Made by a program: the position numbers and the translations under genes. 64,000 nucleotides of DNA from contig JAAILG010000036.1 of the NCBI GenBank assembly GCA_012026655.1, positions 1 through 64,000 on the forward strand, read 5' to 3'. Origin of the DNA: Hydrolagus affinis. Taxonomy: Eukaryota. The notes beneath the pieces were generated by a model. The model saw only the letters and a program-made list of their open reading frames with translations, was not told where the DNA came from and ran no database searches. This document shows, piece after piece, positions 11,951 to 23,220 of this stretch; position 1 is the stretch's first letter, and each line of letters begins with the position of its first letter.

Positions 11951-14056
11951 AATTTCTTCAATATTCTTGTCACCATCATACCTAGATCCAACATGTATAA
12001 GCTCCAGATCATATCGACATCTGCACATCATATCATCTCTGTACTAGGATCCACTTGCCCTCCACTCCTATTCTCTCCTGGATCCCAGACAGTCAGCATA
12101 TCTACTTCAAGATACTTGCTTGAAGTGCAAAGTTACTGGCCATGGCAGAAGCAACATAACATAAGGACCTGATTAACCCAGAATGGCCATTTTTGATGTT
12201 TGAAAATGATCCTTACTGGGTGGGAATCCAAGATGGTGGTGCCCGAGACTTTCACACAGTTTGGGGCGCCATCATTTTTCACAACTGCAAAGGAAGGGGA
12301 TAGTATTTTCGAAACACCCTTGATAATATTCCATAAGTAAAGAACACAGTGGGGGGGGGGTGGGGGTGGATATCAAGTTTGATGTGATTTTGATGTGCTA
12401 ATTCTCAACAGAATTACAATTGATAATTATAGATTGATTTCTGGTCCAAATATTTCTGATTTGGTCTGAAATCACTCCTCAAAACTATTGGGATGCTATC
12501 CTAAATTGCTGTTTAGTAAAAGCGGGACAAAATGTTATATTTAAACCCCACATGTATACAAATATGCCTTTTTATTTAATCTTGGGGAATTAAATCTTTG
12601 GACACACTTGTTGTGCCAAAGGCAGAGAATGCCTTCTAGTCTCATCACAATGGTTGGATTTCTAAAGATTCCTAAACATTTTTATACTCCTTTGGAATTG
12701 TAACTTCAATTTTGACCCCTTAGAAAAACAGAAATTTATAGCACAGAAGATGTTCTTCCACTCAGCGATTCGAAGAAAGCAGAATTAAATCAAAGGAAGG
12801 ATAAAGACGACATTTAGTTCAGAGGATTGACCAGCAATAAATATGTAAAGCATCATTATCTGAAGAATCAGGTGATGTTTTTATGGAGTTTTTCTAGTTG
12901 TTGATATAATTGACATAATGGTTGAGATTGCAGTTTTATATCAATCTTTTATTATTTTAGCAGACAAATAATCTCTTAGCAATTAATTCATAATGCCATA
13001 TTTCACCTACAAAATACACAATCACTACATATCACAACGAATCCTGTGACACACTTTAGATGTCCTCCTGATGTCTTACGTGCTATATCAAATGCATGGA
13101 TTATTATTATATGAAAATGCTTTAGAATCTTGCAGGTAATGCTCTGTTATTTTACACATAAGAAAAAACTACTGCTTTCAGCAGTTCACTGATGCCAGTC
13201 TGTAGTTGTTTCAGTTGTGTTTTCACCTCAAGTAATATCTCTGGAGGCAGACTGGAGATATGATTGCTGAGTGGAAGAATGCATGAGTGGCTTACACTGC
13301 TGCTGAAAAATGTATTACGCAAATCTACCCTATCCTGGTAGAACAGCAGTTCAATTTGTGCTGTTAAAACATTATTTCAGTTCCTCAGCATGGGTGCTGG
13401 CAAAGACCTGGACTTCCTATAATTGACATGAATGAAGAGGCCAAAAATGAATACTTACTCTATTCTCATTAGAAATAGCTCCAGTTTGCAAGTCTGTTAT
13501 TTTTAAAAAGCCGAACACTGGGTTCCATGCTGTTGTGGGTTCTGATTTTAATTAGCTCTGATGACTGTGGGCAGAGATCCAGGCCAAAATTGCTACCACT
13601 TCCTCTAATCGAGGTTTACCCAGCATGGGACTTCCTTCTAAAGTACAGGTTCAACTGTTTTCTTTTCGAACAATATATTGTGAAAGGTGTAATATCAAAC
13701 TGTCATCAAATTCATTCTTGAGGTTTGTCAGAATCGCTTTAGCATAATATCCAGCCACATTATATCCCTTGTTCGGTGAACTCTTTTAGAAGTCAACAAT
13801 GTTTTAATTTATTACAATTCCCGTTACACTTTTATCATAAAAATAATTTAAATGTGATGAGTAATATTTAATTCAGCTGATTTATTAAGTACAATAAATC
13901 ACAAGTTACTTTCAGACTTAAGTGAGAAAAAGTAGGATTATGGTTGCAAAGTGCTTTTGACAACCCACTGTTAGTTTCTCTAGAAATCTATTCATTTCAA
14001 CCCAGTCATTTTCATGTAAATGTCTATTTCAATTTTGCTGCAGAGAGTTACAGAAG

Positions 14057-14830
14057 CAACAACAACTTGGATTTATGTAGCGCGCTCCACATCAGACATC
14101 GTCTCAGAGTGCTTCACAATAATGGATCCCGGGCTAAGCCATGGGGAGGGGGAATAAGGTGACCAAAAGTGCGGTTGAAAAGAAAAGTTTTAAGGTGCGA
14201 CCTGAAAATAAGAAAGGAGGGGGCAAGGCGAAGGAAGTGAGGAAGGGAGTTCCAGAGCCTCGAGGCGTAGTAGCTGAAGGCACAGCCACTGACGGTGAAA
14301 TGGATGATTCAGTGAAGAAAGAGGACGCCAGACCCGGTAGAGCGAAGGCAGTGTACTGTTATGAGAAGGGAGGAGGTCAGAGATGTAGGTGGGGTGTAGA
14401 AGAGTGGAGGGATTTGAAAACAAGAGTGAAGATCTTGAAATCAATCCACTCCCAGACACGGAGCCAGTGAGGACTAGCAAGGACTGGGGTAAGCAAAGTT
14501 TGGTTCGGGTGTGAATGCAGATAGTCGAATTCTGAATAACCTGGATTTTATGAATGGTGGTGGAGGGGAGACCAGCAAGGAGGGCATTGAAATAGTCCAG
14601 CCGGAAGGTGATGAAGGCATGGACTAGAGTTTCAACAGTTTTTGGGGTGAGATTTTGGCAAAGACAGGTGACGTGCAGAGATGGAAAAAAGCAGTGCTGG
14701 TCAGGGACTGGATGTGATGGAGGAAGGATAATTGGGGGTCGAACATGAAGTCTAAGTTGCGTATGGGTTCGGAGAGTTTTAGGGGCAGGTCGGGTAGGTG
14801 GAGGAGGTGAGAGCCGTGGGATTGAAGACA
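14057..14830 (-). mobile_element. 5'-truncated L2 LINE
   Basis: IRNLDFMFDPQLSF and ETLVHAFITFRLDYFNALLAGLP..IHKIQVIQNS; (CAA)n tail at 14057. Confidence 0.88.
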
Positions 14831-14914
14831 TTGACGAGAGGTAAAGAATAATTGCAGAATTAAGCATGAGTCTTGAGGGGCAGTCCTGATAGTGGAGAGA
14901 GCTGCACCTTGCAA

Positions 14915-15055
14915 CCGGGAGTTTGCTGGGTTCAATCTGTGCTGAGTTTGCTGATCTCATTCATGATCATATTGTCAGGCTAAACTTGCTCCTGTCTTTC
15001 CAGAGTTAGGGATGGGAAAATCAGCTAGGTTTCCTGCTGTTGATCCCTCCACAGC
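14915..15055 (+). mobile_element. Fragment of an old SINE family (family B; related copies about 16960-17090, 31590-31810, 37250-37510, 61930-62140)
   Basis: TGTGCTGAGTTTGCTGATCTC...TTAGGGATGGGAAAATCAGCTAGGTTTCCTGCT recurs in diverged form at the listed sites; B-box-like GGGTTCAATC. Confidence 0.5.
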
Positions 15056-15062
15056 ATCCTCT

Positions 15063-15430
15063 ACAACAATAACAACAACTTTGATTTATATAGCGCCCTC
15101 CACGCCGGCGTCTCAGAGCGCTTAACAGTAGCGGATCCCGGGACCGAGCCAGAGGCAGGGGTAGAAAGGTGACCAAAGACGCGGTCGAAGAGAAAGGTCT
15201 TCAGCTGTGACCTGAAACTGGGAAGAGAGGGGGCGAGGCAAAGGGAGTGAGGAAGGGAGTTCCAGAGCCTCGGGGCATAGTGGCTGAAGGCATGGCTGTC
15301 GAGGGTGGAGTGGAGAATTCGGGGGACATGGAGGAAGCCAGACCCGGTGGAGCGAAGTCAGTGGGTGCTGGTTTGGGGAGAGAGGAGATCAGATAGGTAG
15401 GGGGGTGCAGAGGAGTGGAGGGACTTGAAA
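15063..15430 (-). mobile_element. L2 LINE 3' fragment
   Basis: Same subfamily as 14057 (GGATCCCGGG..GCC, GGTGACCAAAG, GAGTTCCAGAGCCTCG); (CAA)n tail. Confidence 0.88.
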
Positions 15431-16214
15431 ACACTACCACTTACTGGATCTGATCATGTGCAACCCCTGAATGGGGAGAGGTCAGGTTCAGCTTTGATGC
15501 CCTTTATAGGTCAGACTGACTACCGACATGTACTGTTGAGCTTCGTATATAAAAATAATCACATGGGTGGAGTATTGAAGATCAACCACTATGTGTGGAA
15601 ATGCACCAGCAAAAAAAAAAAGACAGATCAGAAACAGAGAGGGTATGCCAATGGGGAAAACAGTCGAGAAAAATAATTGGATACACTAAAATAAATAAGA
15701 GTTAATCCTGAATTGTACACTTAATGTGTGTTTGTTATGATATGAAGGAGCATTGAGTTTTGGGGAAATAATGAGGACTCCCGAGGGAAGCTCTATTATT
15801 TTGTTGAATTGATTTCTCTGAGGAGCAAATATCCCATCTTATGTTCTTTAGTATTAACTTTGAAGAGAGCCTTTGTTGCAATGACCTACCACAGACTTGA
15901 GACTACAGGGACTTACTTCAATGGAAAAAAGGCAGAACATGCTAACTTGCTTTGTTTGTGAACTCGCTAGTTTGCAGCTAGTAACAGTTTCACACTTTTC
16001 TGTTGTGGATTGACAAACAAGCATCAGGAATTAACAAATTAAGTAATTTCTACAAAGTATTTATTACCATTCAAAGTGCGATTGACGCTATGGGTTCTCT
16101 TCTGACCTTATTTTATCTCAATAACCCAGAATAAACCACACTGTTTTAATGTATTTGATAAGAAATGATTTATATAGTAATTTAAAGGATTTAGCTGAAG
16201 CATGAAGGGCCTGC

Positions 16215-16700
16215 AGCTCCAATCTCCTTAACCTCCCTGGCCCGTCCTTCAGTCTCACTGAATCTGTGCACAACCTAAGCATTAGATCAAATCCCCAACT
16301 ATGCTTACTACCCTGCCTCTGGTCACCGACCAGAACCTCCTCCCTCCACCTCCGTTACATTACCTGCCATCAACTATACCTCTCGCCTAATGCAGCCTAA
16401 ATCCCTTATACAAACACTTATCATCTCTCTCCTTCATTATTCCAATGCTCTCTTCACCAATCTTTGCAACATGTATAATTCATACAATCCAATTGATTCC
16501 AATCTCTGCCACCCACATCTTCACCGGTACCAAACACGTCACTCCTATCACCCCAGTCCTTGCAAGGATGCACTGTTTCTCTATTACACAATAGATCAAT
16601 TTCAAGATCCTCACAGTAACACGATGGCTTCATGCCCTAGCACCTCCTTACCTAATATGCCTAACAAACTCTGGAACTGCCTGTCTCAATGCTCTGCCTT
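16215..16700 (+). mobile_element. Degraded L2 LINE fragment
   Basis: SLIQTLIISLLHYSNALF-like and KLWNCL remnants. Confidence 0.6.
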
Positions 16701-17688
16701 GCCCATCTATATCCAATGTTTATTTCTAATTGTCTTTCCACTGGCATATGCCTCTGCTCCTGGTCTGTTTTCCTGTTTCTGGGGTATGGTTCCATGGGCA
16801 TTGGTTGACCTCCAGTGACCTCCAGTAAAATGACCATTATTCACATTTATACACCAACAGGCCACGTATTTGTAAAGGGCATCACAGTCATGCCTGACCT
16901 CACCTCATCCAGCTGCTACACACTCACATACCCCATTAGGTGGACCAGTAACTGGAGCCCTGGCTGCATTGCCCTCTCTGACCCTTGGAAAGCTGGGACC
17001 AATTTAGCCTTCCTATGCAACCCCAGCTGATATGAGCAAACTCAGCAGGGCACAGGATTCAAACCAGTGAACTGGTTTATCAGCTGCAGCTCTATCCATT
17101 GCATCATCAGGGCTGCCTACGTGTAAGTGTTTCAATACCCAGGGCTAATAACTTCCATCTTATTTTGATGAGCACAAGTCTTCTTTTTCCCCAAAACAAG
17201 AGTTTCCAAAACTTGCTTGTTGAATTGTCGGAAGCACAGATTTTGAAGCTTTTAGATGAAACCAGAGCACAGAACCATTTCTGTGAAGACAGATTTCAAT
17301 TTCCATGGTACGCTTGCTGTTCATAACTTATCCCAGTATAGTATTAACCCTGTTACATTCTACAATATTTGTAATTAAAATGTGTGATTTGGGCTTGAAA
17401 AAAATGGCAAGCATTTCTTGAGCAATGATCCTTTAGAATTTTGCAAATTAATATATTTGAATATGATTATTTAACTAAGTCACCAGGCTATCCAACTCTA
17501 AGAATTTAAATTTTGCAGAGAGGAGAACTTAAAATAAGATCCTCCAATGTATTTCTATAAATGAATGTACAATTTAGGAAGATCACAAACAACCACAGTA
17601 ATACTGGCAATGGATTCTGGTCTGGATGAACGATGTAGAGAAATCCCCTACCCAGCCCTGGGAAGGCCAGAGACAAATCAGCCTGAAT

Positions 17689-17748
17689 GAACAACAACAA
17701 AATTACATTTATAGAGCGCCTTTCACGTCGGGAGGACGTCCTAAGAAG
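17689..17748 (-). mobile_element. Solo L2 tail with TSD CTGAAT
   Basis: Only stem-loop plus (TTG)n; CTGAAT at 17683-17688 and 17749-17754. Confidence 0.85.
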
Positions 17749-18582
17749 CTGAATAAAGATACATATATTCACATATCATGCAATCTCTTCAAGGGGAAGC
17801 AACTGATGCTGGAGCAGCCATTAGCAAATACAGGTTTAGTTGGATTCTATTCAAAATGAGCAGTTACGACATCTGGAATTTCATCTGGTTGTACCAAAAG
17901 AATTCAAGACCATTTGTATTGCACCCTGTCTCCACAATTCTCTCACAGCATACCTAAGCCCTTTTCTTGTCTGGTAACATAATTTACTGATTTATAATAT
18001 GTTTTGGTACATTTTGAAACAACACAGAAGGACCTTATCTTATAAAGAAATACATCAAAACATGAGAGTAGAATACAGGTACAGAAACTTTAAATGTATA
18101 TGGATAAATTCCATGGGAGTATCTGATGAATATGGGTTGCATTTTTTTTAAAACTGCTAAAAGATGTCAATTTTCACACCGTGTGTATAAATGTTCCCCT
18201 GAGGCAAGCTATTGCCAAAACCATTGGAAGCTAACTGGTTGGCTTCATTCAACAGATTGAGTATACCCTGCTGGGTATATTTATCACTGACTGACCTCTC
18301 ACATTTCAGAGAATGACACCTGTACAGCATCTTTAAATACAAGTGCAGTCATAAAGCCATTATAGTTAGTTCCCTATGTTAATTCAGTTGGCCATTGGCG
18401 GATTTTTCCTTTAGTATTCAAACCAAAAAGCGTAATGGCAGATTCTTGTATAGCATGAGCAGGACATATCAGGAATATCTTAAGTTGGGTTCTTTGTCTT
18501 TTGTGCTCAAATTCCTGACCACAATCCGAGAACCAGACTACAATTTCTCTCAATAGGTCAGAGGTGAATACTCAGCTAATAC

Positions 18583-18639
18583 AACAACAACAAAATTACA
18601 TTTATAGAGTGCCTTTCACGTCGGGAGTAAGTCCAAAGG
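18583..18639 (-). mobile_element. Solo L2 tail with TSD AATAC
   Basis: AATAC at 18578-18582 and 18640-18644 flank the tail. Confidence 0.8.
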
Positions 18640-19961
18640 AATACTCCTGTTCCTGATGGTTGTAGCTCAATATTTCTGCTATAATATCCACATTAGTCGA
18701 GGGCATGACTCTTTTCACAGCCAACTAACTAATTGAACTAGATGTCACACATTATGATTGGCGAGTTTGGCAACATACCAGAGACTATGGAAATGTACTC
18801 CAGAAACAGTCACCTTTCAGAACGGAGGCAAAATAGAGAGAAAAATGGACAAAAAAATCAAATTTTGCAACAAGTTTGTGAAAGGCCTGAGAAAAAGGAA
18901 ACCTATGCCAGGAAACTGTACGTAAAATACACAACTCAAGAATGTGTGGTTACAAATAAATATTTTAATTATAGATTGTTGGCAAACATATGATAAAGTG
19001 GAGCTCACAGAGAATCTCCATTGATCGCACTGACCAAGATTTATATAAATGCTGTGTAAGTTTACCAATTTGTGCATGTTTATATCAAGTATTCTTATGT
19101 GTTCCACAGGAATAGTTGGTATTTTAAACTTTTTGTTTGGCATGTTCATTTTTATAGGGACAATGCAATCAGATAGCTGGGAATTATTAGGAGGAATGGT
19201 TTACTGGACCACTCAGCATCAGAGAGAAGCGGGTGAGAGCTGTAAAGGAAAACTCAATGCTGGACAAAGAGGGGGTGGGACAGGACCAGTTTAGAATATG
19301 CAATAATGAGAATCAGTCATTTTTGTCTATCTCCAAGTATGATAATAATAATTCTTACATTTGATACAGCACATTATCACGTCATTAAGGTGACTTAAAG
19401 GATTTCACAGGATATACTGTAAAGTGTATTTTGTGGGCCAAACATGTGTTTTGTGTATATATAATACATATATTTATTGGCTTTGCTGAAAGAAAAACAC
19501 ATTTAATGTGCAATAGATTAACAAAGTGATGTAGTACCTAGAATGATTGAGACTTGACGAATCATACTTATTCTTATTATGAATTGTTCTGAGTTGGGGA
19601 CCTGTCCAAACTGCCCTGAAGGTCTTCTCTGAGAATGGGCCAGGACACTCTGGTCAGGTTCCTCACTCAACAAGGACAGCAAAGTCCAAATGCAGGTCAA
19701 GCTTGTGGCATACAAGACCTGCGTGCAAACAAACCTCCTTATGGATCTGAGCTCCTGGAGATGCAGCGAAGAGGCTTCCTCCGACCCATCTGCAAAGTCC
19801 AGGTTCAAGCAGTGAAGTGGGTATTTGGCAAACATGGGTAATGGCTACAGGGAATGAGGGGTTCAGCCTACACTGATGTTGGCAAAGGCGGCTTCAAAGA
19901 AGGCACCTCTGATTGCCAAGGTTGCTCGCATCAGGACCTGGATTAGGCAGCTGGTGCAGAG

Positions 19962-20259
19962 TAATAATAATAATCCTTGTATTTTCATGTCTTCTAGACG
20001 TCTCAAAGCGCTTCACAGAAAATACTGTAAAGTGAGTTGACTGTATATTTGTGGGCGAAATACAGCAGCCAATTGTGCACAGCAATGTCCCACAAACAGT
20101 GGTGGATTGAAATCACAAAATTGTTGTTGTTTTGTTTTTAGGGATTATTATTAAGCATTAGTAGTAAGGAAACTTGCCCAAGGTTTTACCCTGCCTGGAA
20201 TTGAACCCAGGTTTCTCGCTGGTATGGTGAGTGCTTTAACCACTGTGCTACAGGACACC
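19962..20259 (-). mobile_element. Young tRNA-derived SINE (family A), full length
   Basis: Pol III A/B boxes in the head, Deu-like 3' part, and L2-like tail ending in (ATT)n. Confidence 0.9.
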
Positions 20260-20682
20260 AAGTAAGTTTGGTGTAGGATAGACCTGGATAGGATTGGGTA
20301 GACATCAAGAATATCAAGGTGGCTGGCACATCACATGCTATCTTGAAATGGTCTTCCTGCCATGCTGAAGGCAGATGCCCATCAGAGAGCTGGTGGGGAA
20401 ATTCTGAGGGTTGAGGCCACAGCTGCTGAAGGCATTACCTGGTGTCTGAGCTCATGAACACACGTTCACACATCTAGCTCCTGGAATCCACTTTGATTGG
20501 CCTGCAGACAGGCAAGCAGTTGCTGCTTAATCTCTGCATCTCCAATTGGTGAAACCATCGTTCGTTGGGAAGGGATGTGTCTGATGACAGGAGGATTCAA
20601 TGTATGCTGAGATGCACTGCCCACTGGGAAGCTTGTATCTACTGAGGACAAGCCCATGTTTGTTGGATGCTGAATGCCCAAT

Positions 20683-21030
20683 TAATAATAATAATAATCC
20701 TTGCATTTGATATAGCACTTTCCACATCTTATCAACGTCCCAAAGCGCTTCACAGAATATACTGNNNNNNNNNNNNNNNNNNNNNNNNNNNNNNNNNNNN
20801 NNNNNNNNNNNNNNNNNNNNNNNNNNNNNNNNNNNNNNNNNNNNNNNNNNNNNNNNNNNNNNNNATTTTATTATTGTGTTTTTTTTGGAGGGATTATTAT
20901 TAGGCGTGTGGAGTAAGGAAACTTGCCCAAGGTTTCGCCCTGACCTGCCTGGATTCGAACACAGGTCTCCCCAGCTTGGTCTCCCCAGCTTGCAAGACAA
21001 GTGCTCTAACCACTAAGCCACAGGAGCTCC
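20683..21030 (-). mobile_element. tRNA-derived SINE (family A) spanning an assembly gap
   Basis: Tail at 20683, head at about 21030, with a 14-bp internal tandem duplication GGTCTCCCCAGCTT. Confidence 0.88.
20765..20864. other. Assembly gap (100 N)
   Basis: Run of N. Confidence 1.
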
Positions 21031-21432
21031 ACAAAGCTTACCACAATTGAGTGAGGTAAGTGGATTCTGCTTGAAGCTGAACTGGTTCCAAGCTTATATG
21101 CCTGGCAATGGTATGTCGAAATCGAGCCAGCCCTGCGGCGGTCTCGGACATCCAGGTTCTGAGGCTTAAAACCTGTATTAAGAACTCTGCTGATAGAAGG
21201 AGGTGCTGTATTAAGAGATAGTGCTGATATTCCCTGCTCAACATTATCTGCTGCATTTTCAACCCACGCAAATCTTTCAGCGCACAATCAGCCTGGCCTA
21301 TGAGCAGGACCTGGAAGGGCAGACCAGTCACTGGGAGCAGGGAGTCATCCCACTCAGCTGTTAACCCACTGCCTCTCCCTCAGGCTGCCGAGACCCTTAT
21401 CCATGCCTTCATTATATCCATGCTTGATTACA

Positions 21433-21723
21433 TGTAGCTCATTGGTTAGAGCGCTCGCCTTACAAGCGTGAGACCTGTGTTCGAATCCATGCATCAAGGG
21501 CAAAACCTTGAGCAAGTTTCCTTACTCCACATGCCTAATAATAATTCCTCCAAAAAAATCAAGAATAAAATTGGTCATTTCAATCAATGGCTGTTTGTGG
21601 GACACTGCTGTACACAATTGGCTGCCCCATTTTGCCCACAAATATAGTCAATTCACTTTACAGTATATTACCTAGAAGATATGAAAAGTGCTATATGAAA
21701 TGCAAGGATTATTATTATTATTA
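21433..21723 (+). mobile_element. tRNA-derived SINE (family A)
   Basis: TGTAGCTCATTGGTTAGAGCGCTCGCCTTACAAGCGTGAGACCTGTGTTCGAATCC head; tail TGCAAGGATTATTATTATT. Confidence 0.9.
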
Positions 21724-21965
21724 CAATCAAGATGGGTAGGATGGTCCTAGCTAGATAAGCAGCAGGAAAACTTGCAAGACAACAATATCAATGGCAAGAC
21801 AAGGCCTTTCTTTTTAGCTGGTTAGACTCCAACAGTACCCCAACGCACACTCACTGTGGGGTCTCTAGGCCTTGACTCTTGCGAACCTGTGCCTAATACT
21901 TTCCAGAATTAGGTAAGCAAGATTACATCCCTCCAGGGAGAGAGTGCACATTTCATTCCAACAAT

Positions 21966-22280
21966 AGGAATCCTGTAGCTCAGTGGTTAGAGCACTCGTC
22001 TTGCAAGTGAGGGACTTGGGTTCAATTCCAGGTAAGGTGAAACCTTGGGCAAGTTTCCTTACTCCACACGCCTAATAATAATCCCTTGTAAAAAAAAAAA
22101 CCACAATAATCTATTGGTCACTTCAATCCATGAATGTTTGTGGGATACTGCTGTGTTCAATTGGCTGCTTCATTTTGCACACAAAAATACAGTCCAATCA
22201 CTTTACAACATATTCTGTGAAGCGCTCTGAGACGTCTAGAAGACATGAAAAGTGATTTAGCAAATGCAAGGATTATTATT
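21966..22280 (+). mobile_element. tRNA-derived SINE (family A), Ala(TGC)-like head
   Basis: A box TAGCTCAGTGG at 21976-21986, B box GGTTCAATTCC at 22019-22029, anticodon-like loop CTTGCAA; TSD AACAAT at 21960-21965 and 22643-22648. Confidence 0.9.
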
Positions 22281-22291
22281 GCTCAGTGCTG

Positions 22292-22617
22292 CAGTATAAC
22301 CTTGATAATCCGCCACAGTTCGGACGATGCACCTCCCAGATTTTGGAGTTTGCCTGTATATGGAAACCTACCCTAGAAATGGTTGCGGAAGCGCCACTGC
22401 TGTAAACAAAGCACTGAAGCCAAAAAATACCCGAGCGGCAACCACAGTGCCAGATGCCAGAGTGGCGACACCGTGAACTACAAGCAGCTGGTCGAAACCG
22501 TGGGAGATTTGCCGGACATCAGAAAAATATGTACGGTAATACTGGACATATTTTTAAATCTTGCTAGTTTGGGGGAGTTGCCGGCTTTCAGAATGTCGGA
22601 TTATCAAGGTTTTACTG
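22292..22617. mobile_element. Second Tigger/pogo-like MITE family (326 bp)
   Basis: TIRs CAGTATAACCTTGATAATCCG / CGGATTATCAAGGTTTTACTG; right TSD TA, left mutated to TG. Confidence 0.88.
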
Positions 22618-23019
22618 TATATCAGATTCAAAGATTATTATTAACAATTTATCTCTGGGATTTCCATGTGGAACTCGTGCAAGGAAATCGTATCTTAAGC
22701 ATCATGATGTGTTTCCGCATGAGTCTGACACTCGGCTGACCAAAACAAACTCTGAACATGTGCAGCTGAGCACATGAGCTGAGATCTATGTAAACTAATA
22801 TTAAATAGCGGCTAATTGTTTCAAGTTAATAATTAGCTTAAATGCTACTGTGCTTGAACATCCATTGTGATGTATTATAACACAGATGATGGGAAATGAA
22901 ATGATGAGACATTAACCTTGGTGAAGTGGTCTCACACTGTTTCTTTGAATGTGGTATATAGCTCCCAAACCTGGAGTTCTGCTACAGGGTTTATGACAAA
23001 TGGACCCAAACAGAGGACA

Positions 23020-23220
23020 CATTGAGAATGTGGTTGAAGCAGAAAATATAAGTGAGTTTAAGAGAAAAAATCAATGCTCAATGATGGAGAAGGGAATAGA
23101 GGGGCAAGGGGGTTGACTGGGCAGGGGCATTAAGATGTGTGGAGTATTAGTACTAGCATGGACTAAATTGGGCTGAATGGCTTTTTTTTCAGTGCTTTAG
23201 ATTCTATGAAATTCTATGTT
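23020..23220 (+). mobile_element. CR1 LINE 3' end
   Basis: ENVVEAENISEFK-like coding and tail GGGCTGAATGGC...GTGCT..AGATTCTATGAAATTCTATG. Confidence 0.7.

Larger units (their letters stand above)
19600..22750 (+). mobile_element. RTE-clade LINE remnant with long 3' region, split by four SINEs, an L2 scrap and a MITE
   Basis: KLVAYKTCV..LLYGSE.W (about 19700-19760) and RWL.H..(K)QM..RELVGK (about 20315-20410) are RTE ORF motifs. The 3' end GCATGAGTCTGACACTCGGCTGACCAAAACAAAC resembles the BovB/RTE tail. The intervening segments align with 59870-60580 and 29910-30250. Confidence 0.65.

Noticed and set aside
14190-14960. 256-aa ORF, the longest in the track
   Set aside because: Chimeric read-through of a frameshifted L2 ORF2 remnant, not a host gene.
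21966-22040. tRNA-like sequence with A and B boxes (also about 21433, 43130, 44900)
   Set aside because: SINE heads: no proper acceptor stem and continuous with the SINE body and tail.
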